NCBI RefSeq assembly: GCF_040938485.1
Contig: NW_027270949.1
Span: forward strand, 3,534,001-3,598,000
DNA length: 64,000 bases
From: Diadema antillarum
Taxonomy: Eukaryota
Direction of reading: 5' to 3'
Shown here: positions 34,150 to 47,091 of the stretch, piece by piece
Layout: each line of letters begins with the position of its first letter
Position numbering within the stretch: the stretch's first letter is position 1
Position numbers and translations under genes: made by a program
The notes under the pieces: model-generated
What the model was told of the DNA's origin: nothing
The model's database searches: none
Seen by the model: only the letters and a program-made list of their open reading frames with translations

Positions 34150-35905
34150 AGGGCAGTGAGATGGCTGGGATGTGAGTTTGGGTTCGAGTTCGAATCCAAG
34201 TGACATTGTGTATTATATCATGCTGGCTAATTCCCCTGGTGTAAAAGGCAAAATACTCTGCCTCTCGGATAAGGTATTACATGAAGGTTCCTTGCAGTGC
34301 GAAAGAGTTGGAATCCACGCAAGGAAAAAACAAACAAACAAGACGAAAAAAAAAACCCGCTTAGGCTACTGTCATAACTCAGAGCGGCGACCGACCGATT
34401 TGTAGCCTGCTCGGTCGCCGCTGAAATTTTGAAACCGCCCAACAGTTTTTGAGATGTCGAGCAGGCTATGAAACTCAAGCGATGCCCGAGTGATGCCCTG
34501 TCGATTTCCCGTCGGTCACCGGTCGATTTTAGGTTAAAAATTTACGAAACATGGGGATCTTCTCCGCGCAGAGACTGACCAGTCACCGAGCGATGCCCCA
34601 TTGGCAACTGGACGATCTTCCACCGGCCACCGGCCGATTTTTACGAAATCGCTCAGCGACCGACGGGTGATCGATATGTCATCTACCAGTGTACCGTAGG
34701 CGAACCGGCGGACGCCCGCCGGTCTCTGCCAGATATTTCTCACGAGCTACCTAGGTTTATTCATTTACCTATGTGATTTTTGATGTAATAATAATTAATT
34801 AATGAAACAAAAGATTTAAGAGTTAATTTATCAACTACCAAACCTCAGCTATGTGAAACCACAGAAAATTAGAAATTATGTATTCAAACAAAGGGAGGAA
34901 AACCTAAGATGGAACAAAAATTAGAATAGATTAGAATTTTCCAAAATATCTTTGTTTGCTTCTATATTTTACATTATATTTAGCTATTCCTACCTAATTT
35001 CATATTTTCCTTTTCCCATCTCTTGACATTCATTACTTCTTCATTCAATAGGCCTTCGATAAAGATAACCAAATCATTACTAAGTCTACATATCGACACT
35101 AAAAAATCATCTCGTTTTCCCAAAAGTGGTTGTTCCTGTCTTCCATGTTCCTCATGTTGGTTGCCGAGATGTTGAGATGCTGAGATGTTGGTGGGGTTTT
35201 CTTGCCTCTATTCCTCCCCCTGCTTCTTCCACATATTGTCCTCGATTCTCTTCTATTCCCTGGTTTCTTTCAGTGTTTCTGTCATTTTATCTTTTCTGTT
35301 TTTAGTCCCTAAATCGCTCGACGACGACCGCCCGATATATTCCATTGGTTTTCTTTTGTGCTTTTGTCATTTTTGTCTCTATTATTTTTATTTCCTAAAT
35401 TGCTCGACGGCGACCGCTCGATCTATTCCCTTGGTTTTCTTCTGTGCTTTTGTCATTTTTGTCTCTGTTATTTTTGTTCCCTATATCGCTCGGCGGCGAC
35501 CGCTCGATTAGGTCAGTGTCTAAGCGTTTGCCGCTCGGACACCGAGCGTATTTTGGGCAGCGAGTGAAAACTGGTCGGTCGCCGCTGCAATTTTAACTCC
35601 GTGTTAAAATTTCAGTGGCGACCGACCAATGCCCTAAAAATGAGTGGTGCCTGGTCGGTCACCGGTCGGCGTCCGACCGAAATTGGCTAAAAACTCGCCG
35701 ACTGGTCGCCGAGCAGGCTGATTTTGGGGGTTGTGACCGTAGCCTTAGTTCATCTATCGCAAAGAGCAGGGTGAATAACCCCGTGGGGTCCGTAATTCTC
35801 AAGTACTGACAACTGGACCCCATGGGAGACCAGGTAGTCCTAATGCAGCTGAATATAGGTTGCCCAGACATCTCGTCAGATGGAAAATGAAAATAGACGA
35901 AACTT
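34150..35905 (+). mobile_element. tRNA-derived SINE-like element split by a Harbinger insertion
   Basis: B-box GAGTTCGAATCC at 34186-34197. The body resumes at 35748 and matches 14480-14690. Confidence 0.55.
34364..35744. mobile_element. Non-autonomous PIF/Harbinger-like transposon (1381 bp)
   Basis: TIRs GGCTACTGTCATAAC / GTTGTGACCGTAGCC, TTA TSD on both sides, many subterminal GGCGACCG/CGGTCGCC motifs and an internal ~86-bp tandem repeat (~35240-35510). Confidence 0.85.
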
Positions 35906-36373
35906 CTTGAATTGTCTATCAATACACTGGTATATTGATTATCTTAACAAATGACGTATTGAAATATATATACTCTATTCACAAAAAGTAAAAATCAGTC
36001 TTCAATAAGAAACTATCTCTCCTTTTCCTAAGTTTCATATAGACTGTATTATCTTAAATACTTGAAAATTGGTTATGTGAAAATAGTTATCTACGGTAAC
36101 GCATGATGTGCTAATTCCCGAACAATACTGCTTTGGAAAACACAGACTTTGTAATCATTGAAATAATTGACAAAATTACCGAATCACTTTTAAAAAAAGA
36201 ACGTAATCATCATACCATAGGAGTTTTTATAAACCTCTCTTACAACCCACGCAAAAATATCGATAAAGGGGGGGGGGGGGGTACACTTATATCTAGTTAA
36301 TAGATCCTAGTTTGTTCAATACTAGCATAGATATGATAGAGGCAGTTATAGTTCCCAGCCAGCCATCACAAAA

Positions 36374-36480
36374 TGTGGGGTTCTTCAAGGATCAATCTTG
36401 GGTCAGCTTCTCTTCTTGATGGACATTAATGTATTTGCGCCATTATCATCATACATCATTTGTAGATGACACTAATAAAT
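36374..36480 (+). pseudogene. Decayed non-LTR (CR1/L2-type) reverse transcriptase fragment
   Basis: CGVLQGSILGQLLFLMDIN followed, after a frameshift, by FVDDTN. This resembles GVPQGSILGPLLFLIYIND...FADDT. Confidence 0.7.
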
Positions 36481-36873
36481 GCTTATGCATTTTGTTCCCA
36501 TAGTGATCTAGATGAGCTCCCTGAAACTATCAATACACAATTACTTACAGCTGAATTAAACACAACCATGAATGATAGATTTGCATCAGGCCTAATTATG
36601 CTCTTTCTCTCTCTCTCTCTCTTTCTTAAACCAAACAAAAACCCCCTCTGAAAAAAATGGCGATATTACCGCGCCGTCAAAGTCGTGGTCAAATTCCCGG
36701 CAATAATGATATTATAACAGTCATGACAGTCCTCGTTATCCAGGGTAGCCCCTTCAGTTAACACTGTTCTATCAGAGGGCCCTAACATTATTATTACCCA
36801 AGGGTTGCGAGGTACCCATTCATACACCTGAGTCGAGAGGATGGTTTTGGTTGAAAAAAAAAAATAAATGAGT

Positions 36874-37024
36874 TAATAATAATGATAATAATAATAATGA
36901 TAATAATAACAACAATAACACTGATAATAATAAAATCTTGTCCAAGCCGAAGGACGTAACTGGATGGGATTCGAACTTCGGGTCCTCCGATTGAACGTCA
37001 GAAGTATTATCCACTATGCCACGG
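36874..37024 (-). mobile_element. tRNA-derived SINE with (ATT)n tail
   Basis: Minus strand A-box TGGCATAGTGG and B-box GTTCGAATCC, followed by GTCCTTCGGCTTGGACAAG and an (ATT)n tail. Confidence 0.7.
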
Positions 37025-37270
37025 TGTCGTGGATTTATTATGCACACTACACAATAAAACTTTGCAGGCACAGCACAAACGTATGCAGCAAAACGGCAAA
37101 TTATTGTAAACAGCCTGACATTCATTTCATTCAATCTTCCACATCCATGTTTGTTTGTCTGTTTGTTTGTTGTTGTTTTTTTTTCGGGCGTTGCTATCAC
37201 TTCGATCATTTGCCCATTCATTCATTCATGTTCATTCATTCATAATAATATGAATGATAGTATCGCCCTT

Positions 37271-37658
37271 TGGTACAGTATTGGTGGAGATGAGAATTGG
37301 GCTTTTACCTTTTTGTGAGATACCAAGAAAACACTTATAATATAGGACAGAGCATACCATTTTAAGAGGAATCCAAAGTTTATTTTTTGATGAAAATCGG
37401 GTTTGGAATTACTGAAACATCCAAAAACAAAGTAAAACAAAGCGATCGTAATAAAGTGTGGGTCCCACACTTCATTAGAATCGCTTTTTTTTGATATCTC
37501 AGCCATTTCAAAACCAATTTTCATCAAATAAACGTTGAATTCCTCATAGAATTACATGCTCTTTCATATGTCATAAAAGTTTTTTCATGATTTCCCTCCC
37601 CAAAAAAAAAAGAGTTAGAAACCTGAAATTAGGTCTCAACCAAAACTATACGATCCCT
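37271..37658. mobile_element. TTAA-flanked (Kolobok-like) non-autonomous element; inverted relative of 47551-48231
   Basis: TGGTACAGTATTGGTGGAGATGAGAATTGGG...ACGATCCCT|TTAA, with long reverse-complement similarity to 47551-48231. Confidence 0.75.
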
Positions 37659-38643
37659 TTAACTAACCTTGTCGTTATCTCATCAAACAAAGTGTTGTAT
37701 CAAACGTTGTGTCTGCTTGTCGTCCGACCATTTAGTCCTTTCTACCATATGACTACTCTTGTTGATATTTAGTTGAAAAGAATGAAGAAAAAGTATCAGC
37801 ATGCAAACAAGTTTCTATCCTCAGATTCCGTTACTTTTTTCGAATTGGCAGTATTTTGTAACATTTTCTCCGGATTTAGGCAGACTTTATGAATTTCTTT
37901 AGTTCTAAACATTCTTTGACATTTTAATTTTAGTGAAATTCGAAGTTGCCATATATGACGTCTAGATGATAAATACTGCAGAAAATTAATTCTGCAGACC
38001 TTAGTAGGATGAGGAGTGTATCCAGTGTTAGTTTAATCCGATAATCCCGTTACAATGGTTGCCATGGGTTTTTAAAACCCCTTTTTGTTCTATGCACAAT
38101 TACGTTTGACTAAGAGCAACTTTGTGAATTGACCTTTACCTTCAAAGAGAAATTTTCTTAAAAGCTGCATTCCTGCATGTTTCTTTGCCATCATCTATTT
38201 GATGGATTAGGAATGTATAATCTTGATGAGATGCGTACAACTTTCAAATGAGAATCTCCTCTCTCAGAATTTGACCCATACTGAAGAGAAATATCATCTT
38301 ACGTTAATGTGAATTTTGTAATGTACTTTCACAGAAACAAGTGTATCAGCCTCTAAAATCAGTAGTAATTAAGTCATTGATGTCAAACTGAGAATGGAAC
38401 TATCTGTATGGACGATAGAAAATTGATGAGGGGGTGAATAAACAAAATATTCTGTGAGGAGACAGGGTTGACAGTGCCCAATGATGGTGAACGAAACAAT
38501 ATTTGTCCTCTACATAGTGTAACTACGACAATATGTGTGGATTATATTGGGTTCAGTTTGTTTAAATACTATAGTAAGGGCTTGTTAGGAGCGGAAGAAT
38601 GCACCTTTATCCGGTTAACGTAATGAAAAGTAATACTTTCTAG

Positions 38644-38724
38644 TCATAACCTTTCTGTTGATTGGTGTTGCTGTTTTGGTTCAATCAATCTCTCTCAGCT
38701 CTCCAAATATCAAGCAGTATTCAG
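38644..38724 (+). CDS. Gene 2: candidate signal-peptide exon
   Basis: Encodes ITFLLIGVAVLVQSISLSSPNIKQYS and ends in phase 1, compatible with the exon at 41801. The donor G|GTATAA is weak, and the upstream ATG (38623) is out of frame by 1 nt. Confidence 0.5.
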
Positions 38725-39771
38725 GTATAACACAAGGAATCTTGTATCATCATACAGGAGCTATTGATTACGTCGTGCTGCACAGTGTCAAGGCTATAAA
38801 AGCCAGTAAATGCGCTTTATCACCCTTTCTTCTCTCTTTTTAATTTGGAGAAAACTAAATTAGAGTAATTTGCATATTATCTTTTCACTGCTATGTAGAG
38901 TAGAGAGAAGGCGAATAATGATTAAGTGACACTGATTTTCATTTTGTTGGCGTGTTTCGAAATAACCTTCATGATAGCGAATTGTGAATAATGGAAGGAG
39001 CAAGCAGAATATAGACTGCGTTTGATAACCTTTTCTTCATGCCAATTCAGATCATAATTCTAATTACCCAATAGACCGCACTCAAATTCACTCAAATTCT
39101 TGTCGTGCTTTGTTTACAATAGAAGGCCTTAACAGCCACAAAGCTTGCCAGATAGGCTTGCCCTACCTAATTAGAAAAAAAAAAATGGCAGGTGAATACA
39201 AGCGTTCTCTTCCAGACTGTATAGGAAGAGAAACATCCATGAACTTTAATGCATTACATAAGCGGTCTATTGTAAAGGTTTCTTAGGTAAGAGGTAAAAT
39301 TAAAGCAGATGAGAGCTATGAATGATCGATGAACAATAATTGGTTCCCTCTGCGCATGAGAACGGAAACGATTACGTAATGCTTACAGGTAATTAGACAC
39401 GAAAAAATGCTTCACATATCGCCATGAATGACGTGCAAAAGTGTAATGGACCTATACAACTCATGATTATGAGTGCCAGGACGAACAGGTTGGCACCACA
39501 ATTCAAAGTAAGGTCAATATGAAATCTTTTTTGAAAATCAGTTGCAAGTTTTTGTTTGTTTGTTTGTTTGTTTGTTGTTGTTGTTTTTGAAAATCATGGG
39601 AAAGGTTTATTATGGAAAAAAAGATGAGGATATTCGACGAATAATAGCATCGGCGCGTGTCCCCAACGTATGTCCGATGTAACGTCTTTATAAGCCGTAA
39701 ATACACAAACACACACTTACATACTAGTATACATGTCACATAAGCTATGTATATTCATAAAGTGAAAGAGA

Positions 39772-39783
39772 GCGAGGGAGAGG

Positions 39784-39851
<68 letters not shown>
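39772..39851. repeat. (GA)n microsatellite
   Basis: Direct reading. Confidence 0.95.
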
Positions 39852-39853
<2 letters not shown>

Positions 39854-41800
39854 AGATGTTTCGATCCAAATTCTAGACCTGTATAGCCACTCCCTGGGAT
39901 GTCCTGTATGGGACTGAATATGTTTGTGTTGCTAGCGCAAATTCATTATTTCTGTCCTAAAAATAGTACGTGCTGAGGATGACACCAAAATTAACGATAA
40001 CAAGGGTAGTGACTGAGAAGATGTCCCAGGAAGCACAGTTATGATTATACTACAACTATGATTTATTGGTGATATAAGAGCAATAGTTATCATAGCCTCT
40101 GCGAAACCACTATCTAATTGATAATAAATACCAATAGAACAGGGTTGCATTATTTTGTTTCCATATAAAAACATAACATTTACAAAAATCGAAACACAAT
40201 TGCATTGGTACATTTGTACATTTTGAATGGAAGGATCATACTAGGAAGCACACACGAGGCTTGTTGGAAACGATCCCCTACAAACAATTATTACATTTCA
40301 ACTGAATAATCATCAGACAGGAAATTCATTCTGCAATTACTCATCAGCTCGATTGTAATTTGTGTCTGAAAGAGAACTTTAAGGTCTGTTGGTCGCCGAG
40401 GTTACAGTGTGGACAATCATCCGTGGACCTTGCCATTATCTCGATTAGATTGAGACTGAGACACTGACTTAAAACAACGAGAGAAGGAGGGGAGTGATTA
40501 AAAGGGGCAGCGAGACACGACACGGATATAATTGTTCCAAAGAATTAGGCAGATTGTAGATTTGTGTGAGTGCGTGGTCGAGTGTAACTGAAAGGGAATG
40601 AAATTGAGTCGGTGATGATGGATTGTTTACAAGCGATAGATATCATTTCAATAAAATTGGGTCACTATACGTATTCCATTACAATAATCATCAAAGCTCG
40701 TTAGTGTTTACTGTCCAACCCATCATACTTATCATTAATTTTTTAGAACGAAGTTAGTTAATATCATGAGTAATCGCATGGACAGATAATGATATGTATA
40801 ATTACAGGCTTTTTAGCGAGAGCAAGAGACTATAGAATACATCGGCCTTTAGGATCTTATCTATAAGACATTAAATAGAGCGGAATGCTTGTAATCAATG
40901 TCATAGACAGAGCAAAGAACATCGACAGGAAAACGATATTTAGTAACATTTCTCAGTCCATTTTATAACACGAGTCTTATTTCATGTGTGGCATTAATGG
41001 GTCCAAAAGTGAAAATTGGCACACGCCTGCTGTTTACTATTAAAGGTGACGTCGTGATCCTTTGGTATTCGTCCTCTGTAGATTTTATCCCACAGACGTC
41101 TTAATTATATTTACAGTAAATTCACGTGCATCCAAGACTGCTCTCGAGTGTAAATCAAAAGAAATTAGACCAAACGAGATATCTATTACAGATAACATAT
41201 AAATCAAGCCTGAGTATCATCATAGTATACGCTCCGTTTTCTTCACTTTGATACTGCGATGCCACAGCTGAAGGGGTCGGCCTTGTTGCAGATATCAGGG
41301 CATTCCCTTTATTGTCACTTTGATAAAGCAGTCCTTGATAATCCTTGAGTATTGAGTGCCATTTCAAAGGGCAGTCTTGTTTTACTCGCTGGAAAGGATT
41401 CTTTTATATCTACTATTAAAGCTTAAGTTGACTTTAAGTGCGAATTTAATCATAATAATGTAATGGATAAGAATAGCAAAGTGAGGAAATAGAAACAGAA
41501 TACGTTCTTATGGTTATAATCATAATATATGTTGTATGATATCTGTGTGTGTGTGTTTGTGTATGTGTGTGTGAAGTTCATGTTTATGTTTGGGCTGGTT
41601 TGATTTTATTGTGTTTTTTTTTTTTCTAATCTATGCAACCAATGATCACTCACACACAATTTAACAATGTCGAGCGGTCGGCTTCCTGTAGTCCAACGAT
41701 AACATGATGAACAGACACCACTCCAACAAGTGAATTTGTCAGAAGATTTGAACTCTGATATGAAGGTTTAATAATTCCCTGCCTTGTTTGTATCCTGTAG

Positions 41801-41922
41801 GAGGCAGCACTCACTGTGAAAGCTTTCGGCATGTTCAGAGCATCTCTTCCCCGAACCTACCAGAGCGGTACCCGCCGGACTTCCGGCGAGAGTGGTCAGT
41901 TGAAACAACAGAAGATGAACAG
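41801..41922 (+). CDS. Gene 2: CUB domain, N-terminal half exon
   Basis: cctgtAG/GTAATC, phase 1-0, GSTHCESFRHVQSISSPNLPERYPPDFRREWSVETTEDEQ (CUB ISSP..YP..W pattern). Confidence 0.8.
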
Positions 41923-42407
41923 GTAATCACTCAACAATAATCTTGATATTATTATACTCACTGTACAAGCTGCACTTACTGAAAAAAAACCCAAACCAAA
42001 ACACAAACCCTTTGTCACACATATGCAAACAAAATAATAAACGTACTACTATTATAAGATCACTAGTATTCCTGTATACCATTTTACTAGTTTGTTATGC
42101 ATCAACGAAATAAATAAATGCGATATTGACATCAGGTTCAATGAAAGAGAAAAGTTGTCCATTGTCTTGACAACGCTAGAAAATTAAGCTATTTGAGACA
42201 CATTTTGCGTTTTCGTGAGACAAAGTTTCATTAACCGAATATTCGAGGAAACATAGCAAGACGGCACCCAATAATATAAATTGTTTCCAATTATACACGG
42301 CAACGTGCATAATCGAAATGTTGGGATTGGGGTATGGTCATCAGATTACAACGACGTAACCATTATCATGAAAGACGATATCATTGTGTATAAGCAGTAG
42401 CCCAGTG

Positions 42408-42634
42408 GTCATCCTACGAGACCGACACCCACGAGTCGCAGGGCCCACGAGATCAACATTGAAAAAAAAAAAAGGTCCATGAGTGAGTCATACAGCTCAT
42501 GAGCTCGAGACTAGGCACATAAGGACCATGAGTGCGACAGTACGCAAACAAGGCCCACGAGTCTGATACCAGGCAAAAAAAAAAAGGCCCACTGGTTCGA
42601 CAATGGGTAAAAAGCTCACGAGACCGACATTACA
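42408..42634. repeat. Array of CCCACGAG/TTCGACA-type motifs (transposon subterminal-like); second copy at 53826-54115
   Basis: Both loci begin GTCATCC.ACGAGACC.ACAC.CACGAGTC and reach GACATTACA. The second is followed by inverted motif copies. Confidence 0.6.
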
Positions 42635-43689
42635 ACCGTTACACTGAGCACATCTAGCTATCTTCATTGCTGTGTAAAATGTGTAGTTTACATGTGTGTG
42701 TGTTTTTTAACTGTCAATATTTGTATGCGTACACGAGCGTCTGTGCGTATGTGTGACTGGTCAAATAAGAAAACATATTCATAATGCAGCCCAACATTGC
42801 ATTCAATTCAACTTTTCCAACAACTAACCCTTGCTATAAATTTTCAGAAAACTCGGCCATTAGATAGCAATGTGTCGTCGTTTTTCTTTTTCTTTTTTGG
42901 CACTGAAGATTTGTGTAAGGTCAGCTTGTCAAGTAGCGTGACATTGATTGAATTAATTCAAATAAACGTGAGAGCTTTCTCCCTAAAATGAGCTTGGATT
43001 TGAGGTAGGATAAGAGATAGGTGAAATATCCAAAGAATTATATTGGTTTTTTTTTTCATATTGGAGTTTGTTGTTGTTGGTTTTTTTTTCAGCCGAATCA
43101 AGTAATTTTGTAATTCTATCTGTCTTGAAATCAGCAAATTTATCAGGACAGCGTGGTACTAAGTGTACTATTATAGATTCTTTATGTTTCCCACAAAAGT
43201 TCAGTGATATTGTGACAAAGAGATGTCGTAAGGGCTGAGTAGCAGTTTTAACGCAGGCTTGCGCAGCCTAACCTTAACGTTTGTATAGTCACACACTATA
43301 GTACCCAGTCCTGTACGATCTAGGATGGATAAATACATAATTGAAGTATACCAATCAGGTTCCAACAGTGAAGACAGTAAACTTGAGGGCATGGTTTGGA
43401 AGGAAACACCATCCGCAAAGTCAGGTCACGTAATGTATCATGCTTTAGTATCGTGTTTCAACGTCATTAAAGCTGTAGATTAAAACTTGCATGATTGGTC
43501 AAGGCACAATAAGCCAGGGAAACAATTATAGTCGCGATCAACGGAAGAAAATGGCTCATTAGCATCGCGTGTGATTCACTTTTCAAATCAAGAACTTCGT
43601 TACCTGTGTTCGTCTGTAATCGTGGTTCAAAGGGAAAGCAATGTCATACAGTATCGGTTCTAAAAATATCATGATTATGATGACAATGA

Positions 43690-44120
43690 TGATGATGATG
43701 GTGATGATGATAATGATGATGATAAACAACATTTATATAGTGCCATTTATTTGTAGAACGTTCAAAGGCTCCCAGCTCCCGAAATACGTAACCCGTTCTT
43801 AAGTTCAGATTTGAAGGTACAAGGTTGTTTACAATTCGAACTTGGATTGGTAGAGCGTATCATGCACAACTGTATGAGGATCTGGAAGAAGGGCATGAAT
43901 ATAGTGTGTATGATTATGTCTAGGTTTTGAATTGCAAGTTTGATCATAGGTTTGGCAGTGATCAGTCTCCAGAATGGTAACCCTGACCTGTCTACTTTGT
44001 ACCAGCATGTGAATTTACATTGAAAGGGTGATCTAAAGGCAGTCACAGTCACGTGACAGTCAATGACATCTACAAAGAGATTATTCACCACCGGAAGAAA
44101 GTTACGTGTACTCTCCTAAG
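43690..44120 (-). mobile_element. Probable decayed L2/CR1-type LINE 3' end
   Basis: Minus strand IRS...TFKSELK-like remnant, then GCACTATATAAAATG and an (ATC)n tail. Confidence 0.4.
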
Positions 44121-44497
44121 ACGCTTTAATTGAGGGCATCTTACGTGTCTTATAGGTAGAGAATAACTCTCATCAGAGCATGGAATCAAAATAGAACACG
44201 TCATTAGAATCTTATTCTAAGCTGAAATATCCCCCACAACAATCTTTCTTATAAGAGACGCCCCTTAAAGAATGTTGGTCACTCAAAGTTATTGAATTAT
44301 CTTACTTTTGTAATGATCGAGGTTATCTTTAGTTTATGAAACTTTGAAAATATTTCCTAAAGCAGCATTAACGATACCACATAATATGATTTGAGATGAA
44401 AATGCAAAAGGTTAATGACATTGATAGTGCTCCATTTGATAAGCTTGCCACTTCTATCCTTTCTATTTCCGCTGTACTCCAGTCGACATTTCTTTAA

Positions 44498-44959
44498 AGG
44501 AGACCTCAGGATTATTTTCAGACGTTTACATTTCAACAATATAAATTAGATATACTGGGAACAGAGTTTCAGAATTTATAGTGATTGGGAGGAGGAATAA
44601 GAATGTTTTCAAAATTGATAACGAATCACAATGAACAAGAATGACATGGCAGCTTCACCATATACGAATGCATGAGTTGGGGCTCAAGGAAGCAGATCAA
44701 AAGAACAAAAATGCATTATTTCTACGTTGGTAGACTTGTCAAGCAAGCAGCATTGTTCATGAAATTACACTGCTACATTTTCTGAAACATGTGCATCTCC
44801 TATGTCATCATCCTTGTTCAATGAAATTTGTTTTGGTCATTTTTCAGGGTATTGATTTTTCTGTTCAAGAACCACAATAAATTCCACAAATCTATACAAG
44901 GAGCTGTGGTGTGTGAACTATATGATGTGCAATTATGAAAAATAGTCTGGACTTCCCCT
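44498..44959. mobile_element. Kolobok-like non-autonomous element (462 bp)
   Basis: TTAA|AGG...CCT|TTAA termini, with a reverse-complement homolog at 47092-47545. Confidence 0.75.
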
Positions 44960-45266
44960 TTAATAATAAAGGAACTGTTTTTAAACGAACAGGGGTGCAA
45001 TAATGTGAGGACGGCGACAAGGCGTAACACAACTGAGGATGAACATTATAAGGTCATGCTATCTTGAGTACTCTTTATCCTATGATCTCTAAGACATTCC
45101 CTAGAGAATGGATAAAAATAAAATTTTGTGGCAAGGAGAACTTTTTATAGTACAAGTCCCCTTTTCAGCGAGGTATATACCACTATGTGTCTGTAATAAT
45201 GAGTTTTTGAGGGATTTTCTGAGTTTCTATATGTTTTCTTGACACTTTGTTAAACTGTTTCTTAAG

Positions 45267-45492
45267 GTTACGATACAAGTTAACGTTCTGGAGATCGAGC
45301 GACCTTGGGACACACTCACAGTAAGTCACTGGTTCACCCACAATAACAGCAACGAAACTTTCAAGCTGTCAAGCGGCAATGTGACGTCACTGTTTCTACC
45401 GAATGGCGGTCACACAACAATCGAGTTTTGCAGTGACGTCATGAGGGAGTTTGATGGTTTTGACTTGGATGTGTACTCGTCTCTCATTAATG
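45267..45492 (+). CDS. Gene 2: CUB domain, C-terminal half exon
   Basis: tttcttaAG/GTAAGA, 226 bp, phase 0-1, VTIQVNVLEIERPWDTLTV...TTIEFCSDVMREFDGFDLDVYS (D.L and F.SD...GF motifs). Confidence 0.85.
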
Positions 45493-46170
45493 GTAAGATT
45501 TTTAAAGTTTCCATTCCTGGCGATCCTTTTGATATAACATGTCCTCTTTAATCAAATATAGTTTTTAGTTTAATACATTTAGCAATATTCTTTAATCCCC
45601 GTTTGAGAAAGATGATTTAGACACTGTTTCAATGAATTTCAACTGCTCAGTCAGGCTACACGCAGGGTGTGTTTATCCTTCCTGAAAAAAGGGGACATTG
45701 TATTATTACGTAAAACGCAAACGCCCCAACGCCAGGTAAACATTTCGTTTCTGTTGTTTTTCTTAAAATAAACAAATATGAAGTTATGTGTCTTTTGTAT
45801 ATAGATTCAACAGGTCTACTATACCCGTCACAATCTGCAATTAGACGCTAATCTTAACATCGATACAACGAGAAACTTTCTCTGACCATGTCATAGCCAC
45901 CCAGTCCCTAGCTTTTTGCACACGATCAGTAGAAATTGTTAGGTGATAACATCATCAGCTCAGTCATGTCGAGTTCACATGATACTGTTTTACGAAATTT
46001 CCTTGCTGCGCTAATTGAATTATTTTGCTCTTACTTATCAAGTTAAGTTTTAACTTTTCGGGAATTCCCGCTGAGTAAAAGAGAAATTCGTCTATATTAT
46101 GTTGAAGTATTATTAACGGCAAATAGATACTTTTAACAGACTATCTGTACTATGTTATTTATGCCACCAG

Positions 46171-46296
46171 CCACGTGTGGAAGCGATAATCTCCACGGCT
46201 TCGTGTGTTCGTCGGGACTGCAGACGATCAGGACTGTAGCCAGGTGTGATCACGTGGTAGACTGCCATGACTTTTCCGACGAGGTTGGCTGCGGCA
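46171..46296 (+). CDS. Gene 2: LDLa module 1 exon
   Basis: ccaccAG/GTGAGT, phase 1-1, TCGSDNLHGFVCSSGLQTIRTVARCDHVVDCHDFSDEVGCG. Confidence 0.9.
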
Positions 46297-46841
46297 GTGA
46301 GTATCCGCCTACACTTATCCAGTGGATGAAAATCACAATATTAAGACACAATGGTCCTTTACGCACACAGTTACACTTAATAATTTTTAAAGACATTTTT
46401 CTCTTTTTGAGATTTTTTTTTTGTTTTCTCTCGCTGTATAATGATGATTATAAGTATGTATGCATGAGCGAATTACTTACAATTGTGTGTACATTTGTAG
46501 GTCATTTAATGCTTAAGTAGATAATTAGAAGGTTGTTCTTTACTGTAACATTAGCTCCAAATGTTGTCCTTGACAAGAGATAATGTCAGATATTGACTTG
46601 TTTGGTAACCGTTGTGTTCGGTATTATTCTTTCAATGAAACTCCTTCCAATTTTGTGTGGTCATAACCTGACTTGGAGTTATTCCATAACAATCATAGCA
46701 CAACAAAAAAAAATTAACAACGACAACAATAATAACAACATTACACTCTTTAAACATGTCGAGGTAGGATGCAATGTGGATTTAAAAAAAATCGAGTGAA
46801 CACCTTTTTTGGCGCTAACATCGATTCGCAACGTTTTCCAG

Positions 46842-46952
46842 ACTGCAGTGCTGACTTCTTCGCGTGTCGAGGAAGCGATATCTGCTTGGCAGCGGATTAC
46901 CAATGTGACGGTGTCAACGACTGCCCTCTATCGGACGATGAAGAAAACTGTG
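46842..46952 (+). CDS. Gene 2: LDLa module 2 exon
   Basis: ttttccAG/GTGAGT, phase 1-1, CSADFFACRGSDICLAADYQCDGVNDCPLSDDEENC. Confidence 0.92.
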
Positions 46953-47091
46953 GTGAGTTTTACCAGAACTTTTAAAAGAAGACAAATATTCTTTATTCAT
47001 TCTTATATTACTTCTAAAATGCGCATTTAGACAATACGGGATCAATAAAAGGAAAAAAGTTTTTAAAAAGATTAGATTAAGAGATGATTAT

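Noticed and set aside
3451-35510. CRISPR-like arrays
   Set aside because: The repeats (3451-3750, 19332-19707, 35240-35510) are degenerate tandem units without unique spacers, in a eukaryotic context with no cas genes.
36961-37024. tRNA gene
   Set aside because: It has A/B boxes but no good acceptor stem, and is followed by a SINE-type body and (ATT)n tail, so it is treated as a SINE.
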